In this document: positions 28,612-41,420 of the stretch, in pieces
Layout of the letters: every line of letters begins with the position of its first letter
Position numbering within the stretch: the stretch's first letter is position 1
From: Octopus sinensis
Lineage: Eukaryota
Reading direction: 5' to 3'
NCBI RefSeq assembly: GCF_006345805.1
Contig: NC_043022.1
Location: 11,656,001 to 11,720,000, forward strand
Length of the DNA stretch: 64,000 nucleotides
Notes under the pieces: generated by a model
The model's input: only the letters and a program-made list of their open reading frames with translations
Database searches by the model: none
What the model was told of the DNA's origin: nothing
Position numbers and translations under genes: made by a program

Positions 28612-28868
28612 GTAAGAGTTCATATTTGATTAGAGAATGTTCTGATGGAAACACTAAGAACTTCGAGAGTTTCCGCAAATTACGATACCTTAATCCTGAA
28701 AAAAACACAACACTATGTACCTTTATCAATGGCATATTTTGTTTGACAATATGTGAAACAGATTTTTGCAATGGTCCTCAAAGTATGGCTGTGATAAATT
28801 CACACACACCTGCGTTGGTCATTACTTTAGCAACAGGCATTTTGGCTTTGTTGCAGTCATACTACTAA
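28612..28868 (+). CDS. Ly6/uPAR gene B, proximal terminal exon 3a
   Basis: Poly-T tract and ctcttag acceptor, phase 1. Translates (G)KSSYLIRECSDGNTKNFESFRKLRYLNPEKNTTLCTFINGIFCLTICETDFCNGPQSMAVINSHTPALVITLATGILALLQSYY*. Spliced product is about 162 aa with a 10-Cys LU domain and GPI-like tail. Confidence 0.9.
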
Positions 28869-28958
28869 AAGAAAATACTCAAATTAATTTGATTTTTTTT
28901 TACATTTTTTTTACATATTGAACTTATTTTATGCATGACTTTTGGTCCACTCTGTATG

Positions 28959-28991
<33 letters not shown>

Positions 28992-29710
28992 AACATCTGC
29001 TTCATTTGATGCTTTATGTCTGCTTTTCATACTGGTATGAGTTGGATTTTTTTTTATATGATCCAACAGGTTGGAAACCATGTCTTGCTCCAATATCTTA
29101 GTTTTGGCATGGTTTCTATGGCTATATGACCCACTTAACACCATCAATTATACATACATACATATGTACTCATACACATTTACATAGATGCTTATATATG
29201 TGTAGATACATATACATGTTTGTATGTCTCTGATTTTCTTATGGGGATTCACAAGAATCAAAGCTCATCAACTCTTGGATGTCAGAAATGGTTAGGTACA
29301 ATAATTTAGGGCACAGTGGAATAAACCACAATGAAGACATCAAGTGCTGACAGGAATACTGTAGATATGCAAGTCCCAAATCCAGTTTATATCCAGAAAT
29401 CTGACTCAACAGTGAACATGTATATGTGTGTATGTATGCATGTATGTATGTAAAGGGAAAGTTTATGAAAATAAACAAAAGACAAAGGCAGGTGTAGTAC
29501 AAACAAACAAATGTATTAGTATAGCACTCAGGAATAGAAATAGAAAAAGTCTTTTACGTTTCGAGCCTACGCTCTTCGACAGAAAGATACACAGAAAAAA
29601 ACAAGGAGAAAAACAAGGAGAGAAACAAGGAGAGAAAAAAAGGAGAGAAAAAAGTGTGTGTAGGAGCTAACGATCTATCATGGTGTCCTGACTTCGGACA
29701 TGTATGTATG

Positions 29711-29745
<35 letters not shown>

Positions 29746-29954
29746 ATATTTGTGTGTGTGTGTTCTTTAAACTGGCAATGCATGTGAATTTGTTGCCATA
29801 TTTTCTGTTTCTTTAATCTTCATCACTTTTAATGCTTCTTTATTGAAGTGTAAAATATTGTTCACATTACTTTTAGCTCCATTTTCTTAAATATTTTCTT
29901 ATATGCACGCACACACACACACACATATATATACATACATACACATATATACAA

Positions 29955-29985
<31 letters not shown>

Positions 29986-30315
29986 TATATAAATATATAT
30001 AGTTAATCCAAATATGAAAACACAAAGAGAAAAGGAAAGATATATATATATATTGAGAGAGAGACTTCTGTCACTAACCTGTGGTTATCTCACACTGAGG
30101 ACAGGTAACCATTTGGAAACCTGGGTCTGTGAGTATAATGTAAGGCTAGAGATGGGAGCAATGACATCCCTTGTAAATAATATACAGTCACAAACTGTGT
30201 GTCGATAGCCAGCTGGAAAAGATATTTTCCTGGTGCTATAGCAACAGTCTAACATCATACTTTATAGGGCTGCCACATTCTGTTGGCATATAATCATTAC
30301 TACATATACATATAA

Positions 30316-30353
<38 letters not shown>

Positions 30354-30893
30354 ATCATCATCATCATCGTTTAACGTCTGTTTTCCATGCTAGCTTGGGT
30401 TGGATGGTTCGACCGAGATCTTGGAAGCCAGGAGGCTGCACCAGGCTCCAGTCTGATCTGGCAGTGTTTCTACAGTGATGCCCTTCCTAATGCCAACCAC
30501 TCCATGAGTGTAGTGGGTGCTTTTTACGTGCCACCGGCACAGAAGCCAGTCAAGGTGGCACTGGCATCGGCCATGTACAGATGGTGCATTTTTAGGTGCC
30601 AGGGTAGGCTGGCAACGGCCACAGTCAGTTGGTGCTTTTTACGTGCCACTGGCACGGAAGCCAGTCAAGGCTGCGCTGGCATCGACCAGGTACGGATGGT
30701 GCATTTTACGTGCTACCAGCACAGGTATCACAACTACAATTTCCATTTGTATATATATATATATAATATTAAATTAGAGATAAAACCACTATTAGGCAAA
30801 TCATACAATGAAAAACTTAAGCCAATACATAAGATTAATTAATTTATATTATTTTAAATATATATCAATATTATTAAAAAAAATAATTAGTAT

Positions 30894-30958
30894 AACACTA
30901 CGATCGTTTCATGGCTGTCCAATTCTTAAAATTTCGAGTTACAGTCATTCTTCAGGTG
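30894..30958 (-). ncRNA. Minimal type I hammerhead ribozyme, mirror copy
   Basis: Exact reverse complement of 31091-31155 in the left palindrome arm. Confidence 0.68.
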
Positions 30959-31090
30959 ATTTAAATATTTAACTTAGCGAGGTTTATGTCCAATTCTTAA
31001 AATTTCGAGTTACAGTCATTCTTCAGGTGATTTAAATATTTAACTTAGCGAGGTTTAATCAATAAACCTCGCTAAGTTAAATATTTAAAT

Positions 31091-31155
31091 CACCTGAAGA
31101 ATGACTGTAACTCGAAATTTTAAGAATTGGACAGCCATGAAACGATCGTAGTGTT
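31091..31155 (+). ncRNA. Minimal type I hammerhead ribozyme (Penelope-type)
   Basis: cac-CTGAAGA-atgactgt...acagccat-GAAA-CGATCG-TA-gtg: intact catalytic core, helix II, palindromic helix III (ACGATCGT), GUA triplet and a short helix I. Confidence 0.7.
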
Positions 31156-31356
31156 ATACTAATTATCTTTTTTTAATAATATTGATATATATTTAAAATA
31201 ATATAAATTAATTAATCTTATGTATTGGCTTAAGTTTTTCATTGTATGATTTGCCTAATAGTGGTTTTATCTCTAATTTAATATAATATAATATTTTACT
31301 ATAAAATTGGATTCAATCTTAAATCTAAGTTTGGATTTATTCCCTAATATTTTATT

Positions 31357-31398
<42 letters not shown>

Positions 31399-31688
31399 TG
31401 TTGTGTTTTGGGATGGCAATATTGTTGTTTGTTTGTTTTGGGGCTTTTTTTTGCCAAATAGACACATGCACTATAATTTCGTATTTCCTGTCAAAAAAAA
31501 AAAATTTAGAAAATGACTACCCCGAAATACAATATCTGTTTCAATACACGGTTTCACATCAGGAATCTTGCAATACAAATTCATAAATGTATATATGTAC
31601 ATGTATGGAATCTGGTGCAGCCTTCCAGTCCAGTCAAACCATCCAACCCAGCATGGACATTAAATGATGATAATATATATACATATAC

Positions 31689-31757
<69 letters not shown>

Positions 31758-31758
<1 letters not shown>

Positions 31759-33027
31759 GAGGGGCATTCAATAAGTAATGTCCTTGACCCATTTCCCATA
31801 GAAGTAGAGCAACGAAACTTGGGACAGTTATTAGTCTTTTTCTGCATAGAAAATACCCAGAGTTATGCATTTCTCCCATCGTTTGATGCAGCTCTGGAGA
31901 CCGTTTTTGTAGAAGACCCCAGCCTGGTCCTCCAACCACAACGTGACTTCAGAAATCAAGGCTGCATCATCTGGGAAACGCTTTCCTTTCAAAATCAACT
32001 TCATGGCTGGGAAGAGGTGAAAATCAGAGGGTGCAAGGGGAGGAGTTCATAGCTGCACGCCTGTGCTTCTGATCTGGCGACACACGAGTTGTGGACCGGA
32101 GCGTTGTCCTGCAGGAGGAGGATGCCTTTGCTGATCTTGCCCCGCCTCTTGATTTTGATAGCTTCTCTTAATTTCCTCAAAAGTGAAGCATAATAGGCTC
32201 CTGTAATTGTGGTAACCTTTGCCAGGAAATCTGTCATCACTACTCCGTCCTGGTCCCAGAAGACTGTGAGCATGTCTTTGCCAGCGGAGGGCTGCACCCT
32301 TGCCAACTTTGGAGGAGGTGAATCATGGTTCTTCCGCTGCATTGACTGGGATTTGGTCTCTGGATCATAGTGATGGGCCCAGGTTTCCTCCTGTGTAATC
32401 AGTCTTTTGAAAAATTTTGACTCATCTTCTTGGCACATCTCCAAATTCATCCTCGAGCACTCGAAGCGTTTTTGCTTCTGGAAAGGTGTGAGCAACCTGG
32501 GAATCCATCTGGCAGACACCTTTTGCATATGCAAATGGTCATGAATGATAGTTTCCACAGATCCGATACTAATCTTGACCTCATGGGCTATTTAGCGAAT
32601 AGTTATGCATCGATCTTCCAAAATAGCAGCCTCAACTTGACGGACAGATGCCTCATCAATGGCAGAAGGGGGCGACCAGATCTGGGAGCTGTTTAAACAA
32701 AGTTCCGACCATGTTTGAATTCACGATGCCAGCGTTTTACAAGGTCATATGATGGAGCATCATCACCATAAGTTACTTTCATTTCATCAAAAGTCTCCCA
32801 TGGTGTGCGTTCTTTCAAATACAAAAACCGGATCACTGCTTGACACTCAACAAGCTCCATTTCACACTTGACTCAGTTCAAACACCTGTAAATCAGAAAC
32901 CACAATTAGTTCAGAGCTGTAATTTGCCACTTCATCTATAGCGATATGAATAATTGCACATGCAAAATTTCAGCTAGATCAAACAAGTGCGAGAGGGTCA
33001 GGAGCATTACTTATTGAACGCCCCTCG
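31758..33027 (-). mobile_element. Full-length but inactivated mariner transposon
   Basis: TA target duplication on both sides. TIRs cgaggggcattcaataagtaatg / cattacttattgaacgcccctcg. ORF 32001-32558 has WIPRLL, ITQEETW and LLQDNAPVH. Transposase is broken by stops and frameshifts. Confidence 0.92.
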
Positions 33028-33069
33028 TATATTTATATATATAGAGCATCACATTTAGTGTGATTTTTC

Positions 33070-33295
33070 TTTATTTCACACTCACCTGGCAACCCTTTCT
33101 TCAGAACTGCTGAAGGGTTGGTCAGAGCTACTCTTCTTTGTATTTTCTGTTCCAATGTTGACTCATCTGGTACCTCAGAAAAAAATTTCTCCACATGTTC
33201 TTTGAACACATTCACACTTATAGTTTGCAGATCTCTGACATTTGGCAGAATGTTGAAAAGTTGTTTGCTCTTGAAATTTAAGCTGTTACAGTACT
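33070..33295 (-). mobile_element. LINE ORF2 extreme C-terminal fragment
   Basis: Minus frame QLFNILPNVRDLQTISVNVFKEHVEKFFSEVPDE resembles the CR1/L2-group ORF2 tail (FN.LP...FK..LD.FL). Confidence 0.6.
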
Positions 33296-34017
33296 GGGTC
33301 CTTAATCTAGATCAGTCGTTGTCAACCAGGGTCCATATAACCCTTGGCAGGTGGCAATACACAAAATATTTTAATAATTATTTTTATACAATTCCTAATT
33401 GTATTTTACTTTAAAAATATTATAGGATTTTTTGAACATTAAATAGCTATGAGGGCCAATCTGGTTAAAATAGGAATCAAAGGGGTCTAAAAGCAAAAAA
33501 TGGGTGAGAATAACTGATACAGATAATGACCTGTGTTGAAGCACTCACTTTTCTCTCTCTATCTCTTCCCCTCTCTCTCACTATCTAATTTTCTCTCTCT
33601 CACTATCTCGAGTTTTCTCTCCTGCCTTCTCTCATTCTTACTTATCCTAATCTGTTTTGCAGTTTTGTGTTTTGCCTTGCTATTATCAAAATTATTCTTA
33701 ATATGTTACGGTTTTAGGATTTTGAATTTGCTTGTATATATACATGTGTATATATGCATGTATGCCTGGATATAAACCACCTGAGAAAGTTCACTTCATA
33801 ATGAATCTGCATGTATATATACATGTGTATATATGCATGTATGCCTGGATATAAACCACCTGAGAAAGCTCACTTCACAACCATGTGGTATGTGTATATC
33901 TATGTGTGAGAGTATGTGTCTTAATATAACTGTATACATATGCATGTGTGTACTCATGCATATATATATATATGTATACATTCTCATACATATATATATG
34001 TATATATCTATGTATCG

Positions 34018-34102
<85 letters not shown>

Positions 34103-34134
34103 AGAAGTAATAGAAGCTGAAAATGCACAGAGAA

Positions 34135-34516
34135 TGTATAAAAAGATTTGTTTAATTGTATTAATATTAATATACTTAACCAGTTTCACATTTGTATGAT
34201 TTTCAAAAGTATAAACCTTAAAGAATGTGGAGCTGTCACAAGTTGTATCATCTCAGTTCAAAAATGATACAGTTTGTGACACAGCTCCACATCCCTCAAA
34301 ACTTAGACTTTTGAAAATCATACAAAAGTGAAGCAAGTTAAGTATACTAATATTGACATACATAAATCTTGTTATACACTGCCTGTATATATAGAGAGAA
34401 AGAAAGAGTTATCAATCCATACAGCTAGTACTATGGAACAAATAAGCAAAGTTGAAAATGTACACTGCCTGTACATTTTCAACTTTGCTTATTTGTTCCA
34501 TTGATAACTCTTTCTT

Positions 34517-34525
<9 letters not shown>
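34135..34525. repeat. Two adjacent imperfect palindromes
   Basis: Inverted arms centred near 34257 (tgtggagctgtcacaa / ttgtgacacagctccaca) and near 34465 (tggaacaaataagcaaagttgaaaatgtaca and its reverse complement). Confidence 0.75.
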
Positions 34526-34579
<54 letters not shown>

Positions 34580-35992
34580 GCGGAGATGTGGCTGTGTGGT
34601 AAGATGCTTGCTTCCCAATCACATGGTTCTGGGTAAGTGTCTTCTACTATAGCCTTGGGCCAACCAAAGCCTTGTGAGTGGATTTGGTAGACAAAAACTG
34701 AAAGAAGCCTATCGCATATATATATACGTGTGTGTGTCTATCTGTCTGTGTTTGGCCCCCACCATCACTTGACAACTGATGCTGGTGTGTATATCTTCCC
34801 ATAACATTTGCAGCTCAGCAAAACAGACCAATAGAATAAGTACTAGGCTTACAAAGCATAAGTCCTGGGGTCAGTTTCTTTGACTAAAACCCTTTAAGGT
34901 GGTGCTTCAGCATGGCACAATCAAATGACTAAAACGAGGAAGAGAATAAAAAAATATATATTAATATATGTATGTATATGCAAACATTCATATATATACA
35001 ATATATACCTACAAGCATACATACATTTGTATACACACATACACACAGATGTCACACTAACTGAAAGTGTGAGTGTACTAAGATTTCATCTTTTATTATT
35101 ACTAGAACACAGACAATTGCCATGTACTGAATCACACAAAAACACACAGCAAAATCTAGATAGAAAAATACATTCATATGTAACACACTTGTACTCTACA
35201 GGTTTTTCCACAAAAATAGTCGATTAATAATGGATATATAACTCCTGACATAACAGTGCTAAAATAAATTCACTGATAACATTTATCAATCATAAACAAA
35301 AAGAGACATCTGACTAATAACAGAAATGTAAGAGTGATGAAAATTTCAAATTCCAGCAGTTATTTCATTGTCCATGCGGACTCTAGATGTGACAGCGATG
35401 GCATTAATCAAAGAAGGGTTTTCAGACTTTCTTAAAAGAAACTAAACATAAAAGATAAAAAAGAATGATAAAACTAGAACAGAGCCGTATTTGTAATACA
35501 TGTTCAGAAGGAAAGATGTTCCAGAAACAGACACGCATATAGATAGTGAGAGAGTGACGTGGATAGATATAGATATACATATATCCACACACACACACAC
35601 ATATATATATACATAGAGAGAGAGAAAGGATATGAAGTGTTTTCCTCAGGATGACTCAAACTAAAAGGTATGCATTCTGAGTGCTCAAATAAGTGTGCCA
35701 CCAAATTTACAGTTTGAACAACAGTGGACATTGTAGTTGTGCAAAACTTGTCCAAAAGTGGCATCCCTTTGAGTCAGAAGGTGTAGGTTAAAGTAGTGAG
35801 GAAAGGCAAAGGGTGTTTAATTCAATTTCAATTTAGCTACATAATGAATGGTAAAAATTCTTTCAGCATTTTTTACTATTTTTTTTACTATTTTTACCAT
35901 TTGTTATGTAGCTAAATTAAGACTGAATTAGATGAAGTTAAATGTTTTTGTCCAGCTTTGCCTAATTGTTTGCCTTTCCTCACAGCTTTAAC

Positions 35993-36048
<56 letters not shown>

Positions 36049-36323
36049 TGTTGTGTTTGGGGAGAGTCATTTTCTTTTTGTGCCTTATTATGTAACACAC
36101 TCACCGGTAAAATTTCCACTTTTTACTTATTTTTATTGTCCTAAAATTTTCGTTGCATCTTGCAAACTTTTCAGTAGTTTTGACTATTGAATTACTATTA
36201 CAATCTTTAAAGTCAGAATCAAAACAGCTATCAGGGATTATGTTTGCTTTTTGCAATTGATAAATATAATTATTAACTGATTAATCTCTATTTTCTCTTT
36301 TTTCTCATATACATCTATGTATG

Positions 36324-36365
<42 letters not shown>

Positions 36366-36662
36366 ATATATATTTATGTTATATGTAATGTATTGTATAT
36401 ATTACATACGTACTTTTTCCCATTCTCTGTGACATTCATGCTTTGTCAAACTAAACCCTTTTAACCCAAACTTCTACCATTAATCTTAATTTTAATTTCA
36501 AATCATAACCACAACCTTCAATTTGATCCCTAACATATGCCTTCCTTCATCACCCTCATAACCCTGATCCTGAATCCAGCTCCTACAATCTTTGGCAATC
36601 AATAACTTTATATATTTTTTAGTTTCTCTTCTCTTTTCCTTTTTTTCCCTCTTCTATTCTAG

Positions 36663-36895
36663 GTGAAGTTAAAGCAATCATCAGAAGTTGTAGTGACGGA
36701 ACATACCCTTTTGTTAAAAACGTATCATTTACAAACAAAACGGTTACAATGAATGGTTTGAGTGTAAGATTTTGCCAGGAGTCATTTTGTAATGGAATTT
36801 CTAGTGCCCAAAGCTTGCTGCCAGATCATCTCTTCACACCATTTCTTCTTTACATGATAACCACTTTGATCACTTCAGCTCTTAATACTACTTAA
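36663..36895 (+). CDS. Ly6/uPAR gene B, distal alternative terminal exon 3b (not in ORF track; lacks one Cys pair)
   Basis: Long pyrimidine tract and ttctag acceptor, phase 1. Translates (G)EVKAIIRSCSDGTYPFVKNVSFTNKTVTMNGLSVRFCQESFCNGISSAQSLLPDHLFTPFLLYMITTLITSALNTT*, with the IIRxC and CxxxxCNG motifs and a hydrophobic tail. Confidence 0.85.
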
Positions 36896-39711
36896 CAAAC
36901 TTTTTAAACGATGACAAGAAACCCAAATGGGCTTCTGTCGTCTTTTAGTAACATATTACAATTAACCAATGCTAGCATGGGTTTCATGTATATTGTTGTT
37001 GATGTATATATTATTGTTAGCAACCCTCTAGCATTCAGATTATTCTCTCAAATGTAATGCTTCATTATTTTGTAGCTTCAAGATTTACACCAACACCCAA
37101 TAATTGACAGTGCATAATTGAAATCTGTCTACCTCTATTCTTCTCTGTCTGTCTGTGTGTCTGTCTGTCTATCTCTCTGTTCTTCTTTTTGTTTTTTATA
37201 TCTCTCTTTATCTCATTTTCCATGCCACAATCTAACTCTACATCTGCTTTTCTCTCTCTCTCTCTCTCTCTCTCTCACAAACATACATACATATACACAC
37301 ACATGCATAAATGCGCAAATAATTCAATTTAGAAAAATACTGTAATATTCTGTTTAGAGTGAAACAAAATTAAAAAAAAAAAACTTAACAAAATTTAGTC
37401 CTATTTTTCCCAGCAACACATTGGCATTTGATATAATCAACTCAAGAAGGATAAAATGCAAAGCTGACATTCTCACAACTCAATTCAGAACATAAAACAT
37501 CACAAATAGATACTGCCTGGGATCCACTTCTGTTGCTCTAATATTTCTGTCAACTCACCACTAATTGCAAATTAACATTAACAGCTAATTCATTAATATT
37601 AAATACTCTGCCATCTTCTCTTCATCTGTTGACATAATTGATAAAATAATGGGAAGAGGAGGAGGTGAGAAAGAGAGGGCATGGTGGGAACAATGGGCTG
37701 TTTAAAGAAAATATTTTTTTTTCATTATTTTTTTCATGTTTGTTTTGTGATCCACACAATATTTGAAATAACCTGGTTTCTTTTTGTGTAAATAAATAAT
37801 AAAATGTAAGAAATAGAAAGTAGAAATCGAAACAATTTTGCTTGAGTTTAATTTATTATTTTGATTTTTTTAAATTACATTGTCTTGCTTTATTTACTTT
37901 TTTCTAATATGAATTATAAATGAATTTATTAAGTAGGTGTATACGCATCATCATTATCTGCATCATCATCATCATCTTTTTACATGTGTTTTTCCAAGCT
38001 TGCAGAGGTTGGAGGAGTCTCAGTTCATTAGTATATCACACTTAACAACAAACACCATGAGATTATAAACCACAAGTACAGTTTAGCTGGTCAAGAAAAT
38101 AGGTAAAGAAAGAAGACAAATAAAGGGAAAGTAATAAAATAAAACTGCTCCTGCAACTGTGTTTCTATTGTTTGTTATGCACAGAGATATAGCAATGCAA
38201 CGTGCAACACATTGCATCTATAACCATTACAGCTCCTGCAGCTGTAACAATGCAGCTGTCAGTGATATTATAAGTTGCATTCAGAAGACTTTCTACAGAC
38301 ACCTTTGCACAACAGAAGCTTTATTTCAGGTAATGTCCATCATGCAAACTCACTTGCATCATATGTTTACAGACATGATAATTTCTTTTTAATGCTCAAA
38401 CCAACAATCTTGTAGAACTTTGTGTTCATCACAATGATTGGAATTATCACTCTTTTTTTAGTATATCTGAAAGATTCATCCATTTTAAGTACATATATTC
38501 TATGAGTATACATGCAACATACATTTCTGTAATGCAGTGTTTCTCAACAATTTTTTACTTATGGACATCTTTGATTCTTATTTTACTCTACTGGACCCCC
38601 ATAGTCATTCAATGTTTCAAAAAAATCATATTTTTATAATAAAATATTTGGAATTGTATTAAAAAAAATTGTTAAAATAGTTTGGATATTGTTGAAGTAT
38701 AACCAAATTATTAGACATAAATTTTAACAACAAAGACTTATATGTACCCCAGAAGGGTCATATGTACCCCGGTTGAGAACCATTGCCCTAATGTCAAAAT
38801 GAATCTTCATACCAAATGCACAATTTATCATGGTAGCTTATTTAAACCTTTTGTTACCATATTTCTGTTGAAATGTTTTGTTATTTCTTTCAATTAATTT
38901 TAAATATAACAAAGAATTTAGTAAAATAACATCGTTATCATTAAACTAGTGTTAGGAACATAAATTGTGACTAAGGTTTGGTGGAAGATTTTAATTCAGA
39001 ACTTTTGAAAACAAGACATTTGTACTACAGAGCCAAAGACAGTTTCAGCCAGGTTGGTAATGAAAGGGTTAATGACCACTAAAGTTCAGTATGTAAATAA
39101 AACCCTTTTCACTGATATAAAGTGTTTTTTCATTATCGTCAAAATTTGCAAATTTCCTTTCTCACTTTCTCTCTCTCTCCTTCACACTATGTGCATGTTG
39201 TGTGTGTGTTTGTATATGTGTCTATGTGCCTGTAATCACATGAGTGCATGTGTGTGTATTTTTTTTTACCACAATTAAAATATAAACAAGAGTGAGAAAA
39301 ATTTTAAAAAAACACAGCTTTGGAACAAAATACCTTGTGGTATTTGTCTTGCCTGAAATCTACAGATGATCCCTTGAGACTCTCACCAACATCCAATGCA
39401 GTAAACCAGAGATTGATCCATGGGAAAACCCATGACTATCAACATAAACTGTGATAAAAATAAAATATTATCAGAATTAAAAACAAATGAGTTGATCTTA
39501 TTGTTGCTGCTGTTTTTGTTTTGTTGTTGCTGTTGTAGTTGTTGTTGTCATTGTTTTTGTTGTTTAGCTCCAACCAGTTGAAACTGAGCAGATCTCTTCC
39601 TGTCAGGAACATTCTGTTGTTTTTTAAAAGAGACTGTACTATGATTTGACTTCTATTTCTAGCAGATCAAGTAAACTCATAAAGGGACCTTCAAATTGTT
39701 GTCATTATCTT

Positions 39712-40190
39712 GATGATAATGTCATTATTACCAGATATGAATCCCTGTTAACCTGAAACTTCATAACTAGAAAATAGTACAACCCAAAACATACTTAATG
39801 GATCCTAGCAACAATCTAAGACCAATCTCTACTCACAGACACCACACTCAAGTCACTAGGACCAGGCTAGTTTCTTATCACAAAAACAAAACTGACAAAA
39901 AGATTTATCTTTCCATAATGCTTGTCGCAAGAATCATGGGAATGCTATTATCTTAACGATAATGTCATTATAACCAGATATGTAACCTGTTAACCTGAAA
40001 GTTTATAAACAGACAATAATACAATCCAAACCATAGATAACAGATCCTAGCAACAACCTAAAACCACTCATGACTCACAGATGCCACACTCAAGCAAAAA
40101 ACCAAAATGAGTCACTCAGACCAGACTAGTTTCTTATCGCAAAAACAAAACTGATGGAAAAATTCATCTTTCCATAATTCATGTCACAAG
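39712..40190 (+). repeat. Diverged tandem duplication, unit about 245 bp
   Basis: gataatgtcattat...ccagatatg...ctagtttcttatc.caaaaacaaaactga...ttccataat occurs twice. Confidence 0.75.
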
Positions 40191-40499
40191 AAATTATTCC
40201 TAGCATCAAGTCAAGTAAAGTCATTGTAATCCATACATACAGGCTTCTTTACAAGTGTTGGTGCTATGTGAAATGCCCATGTGCCAGCGCTGCTTAAGTG
40301 CTCCTGTGTTTGTGCCACATAAAAAGCACCAAGCGCATTCTGTAAAATGGTTGGTGCTAAGAAGGACATCTGGCTGTAGAAACCATGTCACAACACACAA
40401 TGTGGAATCTAGACATCTCCCTGGCTGGACAGATCCTGTCAAACTGTCCAACCCATGCCATCATGGAAACCCCAAGTTAAACAAAGATGATGATGATGA

Positions 40500-40544
<45 letters not shown>

Positions 40545-40554
40545 CATACATATA

Positions 40555-41420
40555 CACATGGACACAATGCAGCAGTGGATCATGGACTGGCAACTTAAGC
40601 TGGCTGAGGACAAATGTACCACCATGCATTTTGGGAGGAGAAACCCAGCGTCCACCTACTCCCTCCACAACACTAATCGCAAAAAGTCTTCATGTGAACG
40701 TGACCTGGGTGTCATTGTCGACAGTGATTTGCGTTGGACAAAACACATCGCTAAAATTGTCAAGAAGGCTGAGGGTGTCTTGGCATCACTCACCAAATCC
40801 TTTGTGAGCCGCTCACCGACTATCTATCTGCGGCTTTATATAGCTATGGTAAGACCTCACCTGGAATTTGCATCGCCGGTCTGGAACCCCTATCTTGCCC
40901 AGGATATCAATTGTCTGAAGCCATTCAGCGACGTGCAACCAAAAGAATACCCTCCATCAGGCATCTGCTATATTCTGAACGCCTTACTTCCCTGGGCATG
41001 GACACATTGAAACTCCGACGTCTGGCAGCTGACTTGGCAGACACCCATAAAATTATCAACCATCTTACAAACAATAACTCTGAGCACCATTTCAAACTCC
41101 ACCCGTGGACATATTTACAAAGTCAGAAAACAGCAGAGCTCCCATGACTTTAGGAAACATTTTTTCACGCTGAGAGTTGCTGAAGCATGGAACAAACTGC
41201 CGGCATCAGTTGTTAGTTGTAGGAGCACTGCATCCTTCAAAACTTCCATGCTTTCTGAGATTCGCCAACACTACACCTGATTTTCTCCCCTCCATACACA
41301 CACAAACATGTATCTGACTCATACATTGTTCGCTTTCCAGACATTTGTACATTACTGCATATACTCTGACAAGTTGTGGTGCACCTGAGCACCGTATACA
41401 ATAATCTCATTATTATTATA
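40555..41420 (+). mobile_element. 5'-truncated CR1/L2-group LINE (RT C-terminus plus 3' UTR)
   Basis: QWIMDWQLKLAEDKC...ERDLGVIVDSDL...LYIAMVRPHLEFASPVWNPY...IQRRATK...AWNKLP, one frameshift, (ATT)n tail. Confidence 0.88.

Larger units (their letters stand above)
30766..31358. mobile_element. Penelope-like inverted pseudo-LTR palindrome
   Basis: Arms 30766-30985 and 31062-31284 are near-perfect inverted repeats, with a 69-bp internal tandem duplication. The tail 31285-31358 is shared with 61870-61960. Confidence 0.75.

Noticed and set aside
33118-33414. ORF with LLCIFCS... as a missing N-half exon for the 36663 exon
   Set aside because: Cys spacing does not match exon 2, there is no ATG|gtaag-type donor, and the opposite strand reads as a LINE ORF2 tail.
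35354-35449. Possible minus-strand terminal exon FLLRKSENPSLINAIAVTSRVRMDNEITAGI*
   Set aside because: Short, with no recognisable family and no partner exons found, so chance occurrence in AT-rich DNA is likely.
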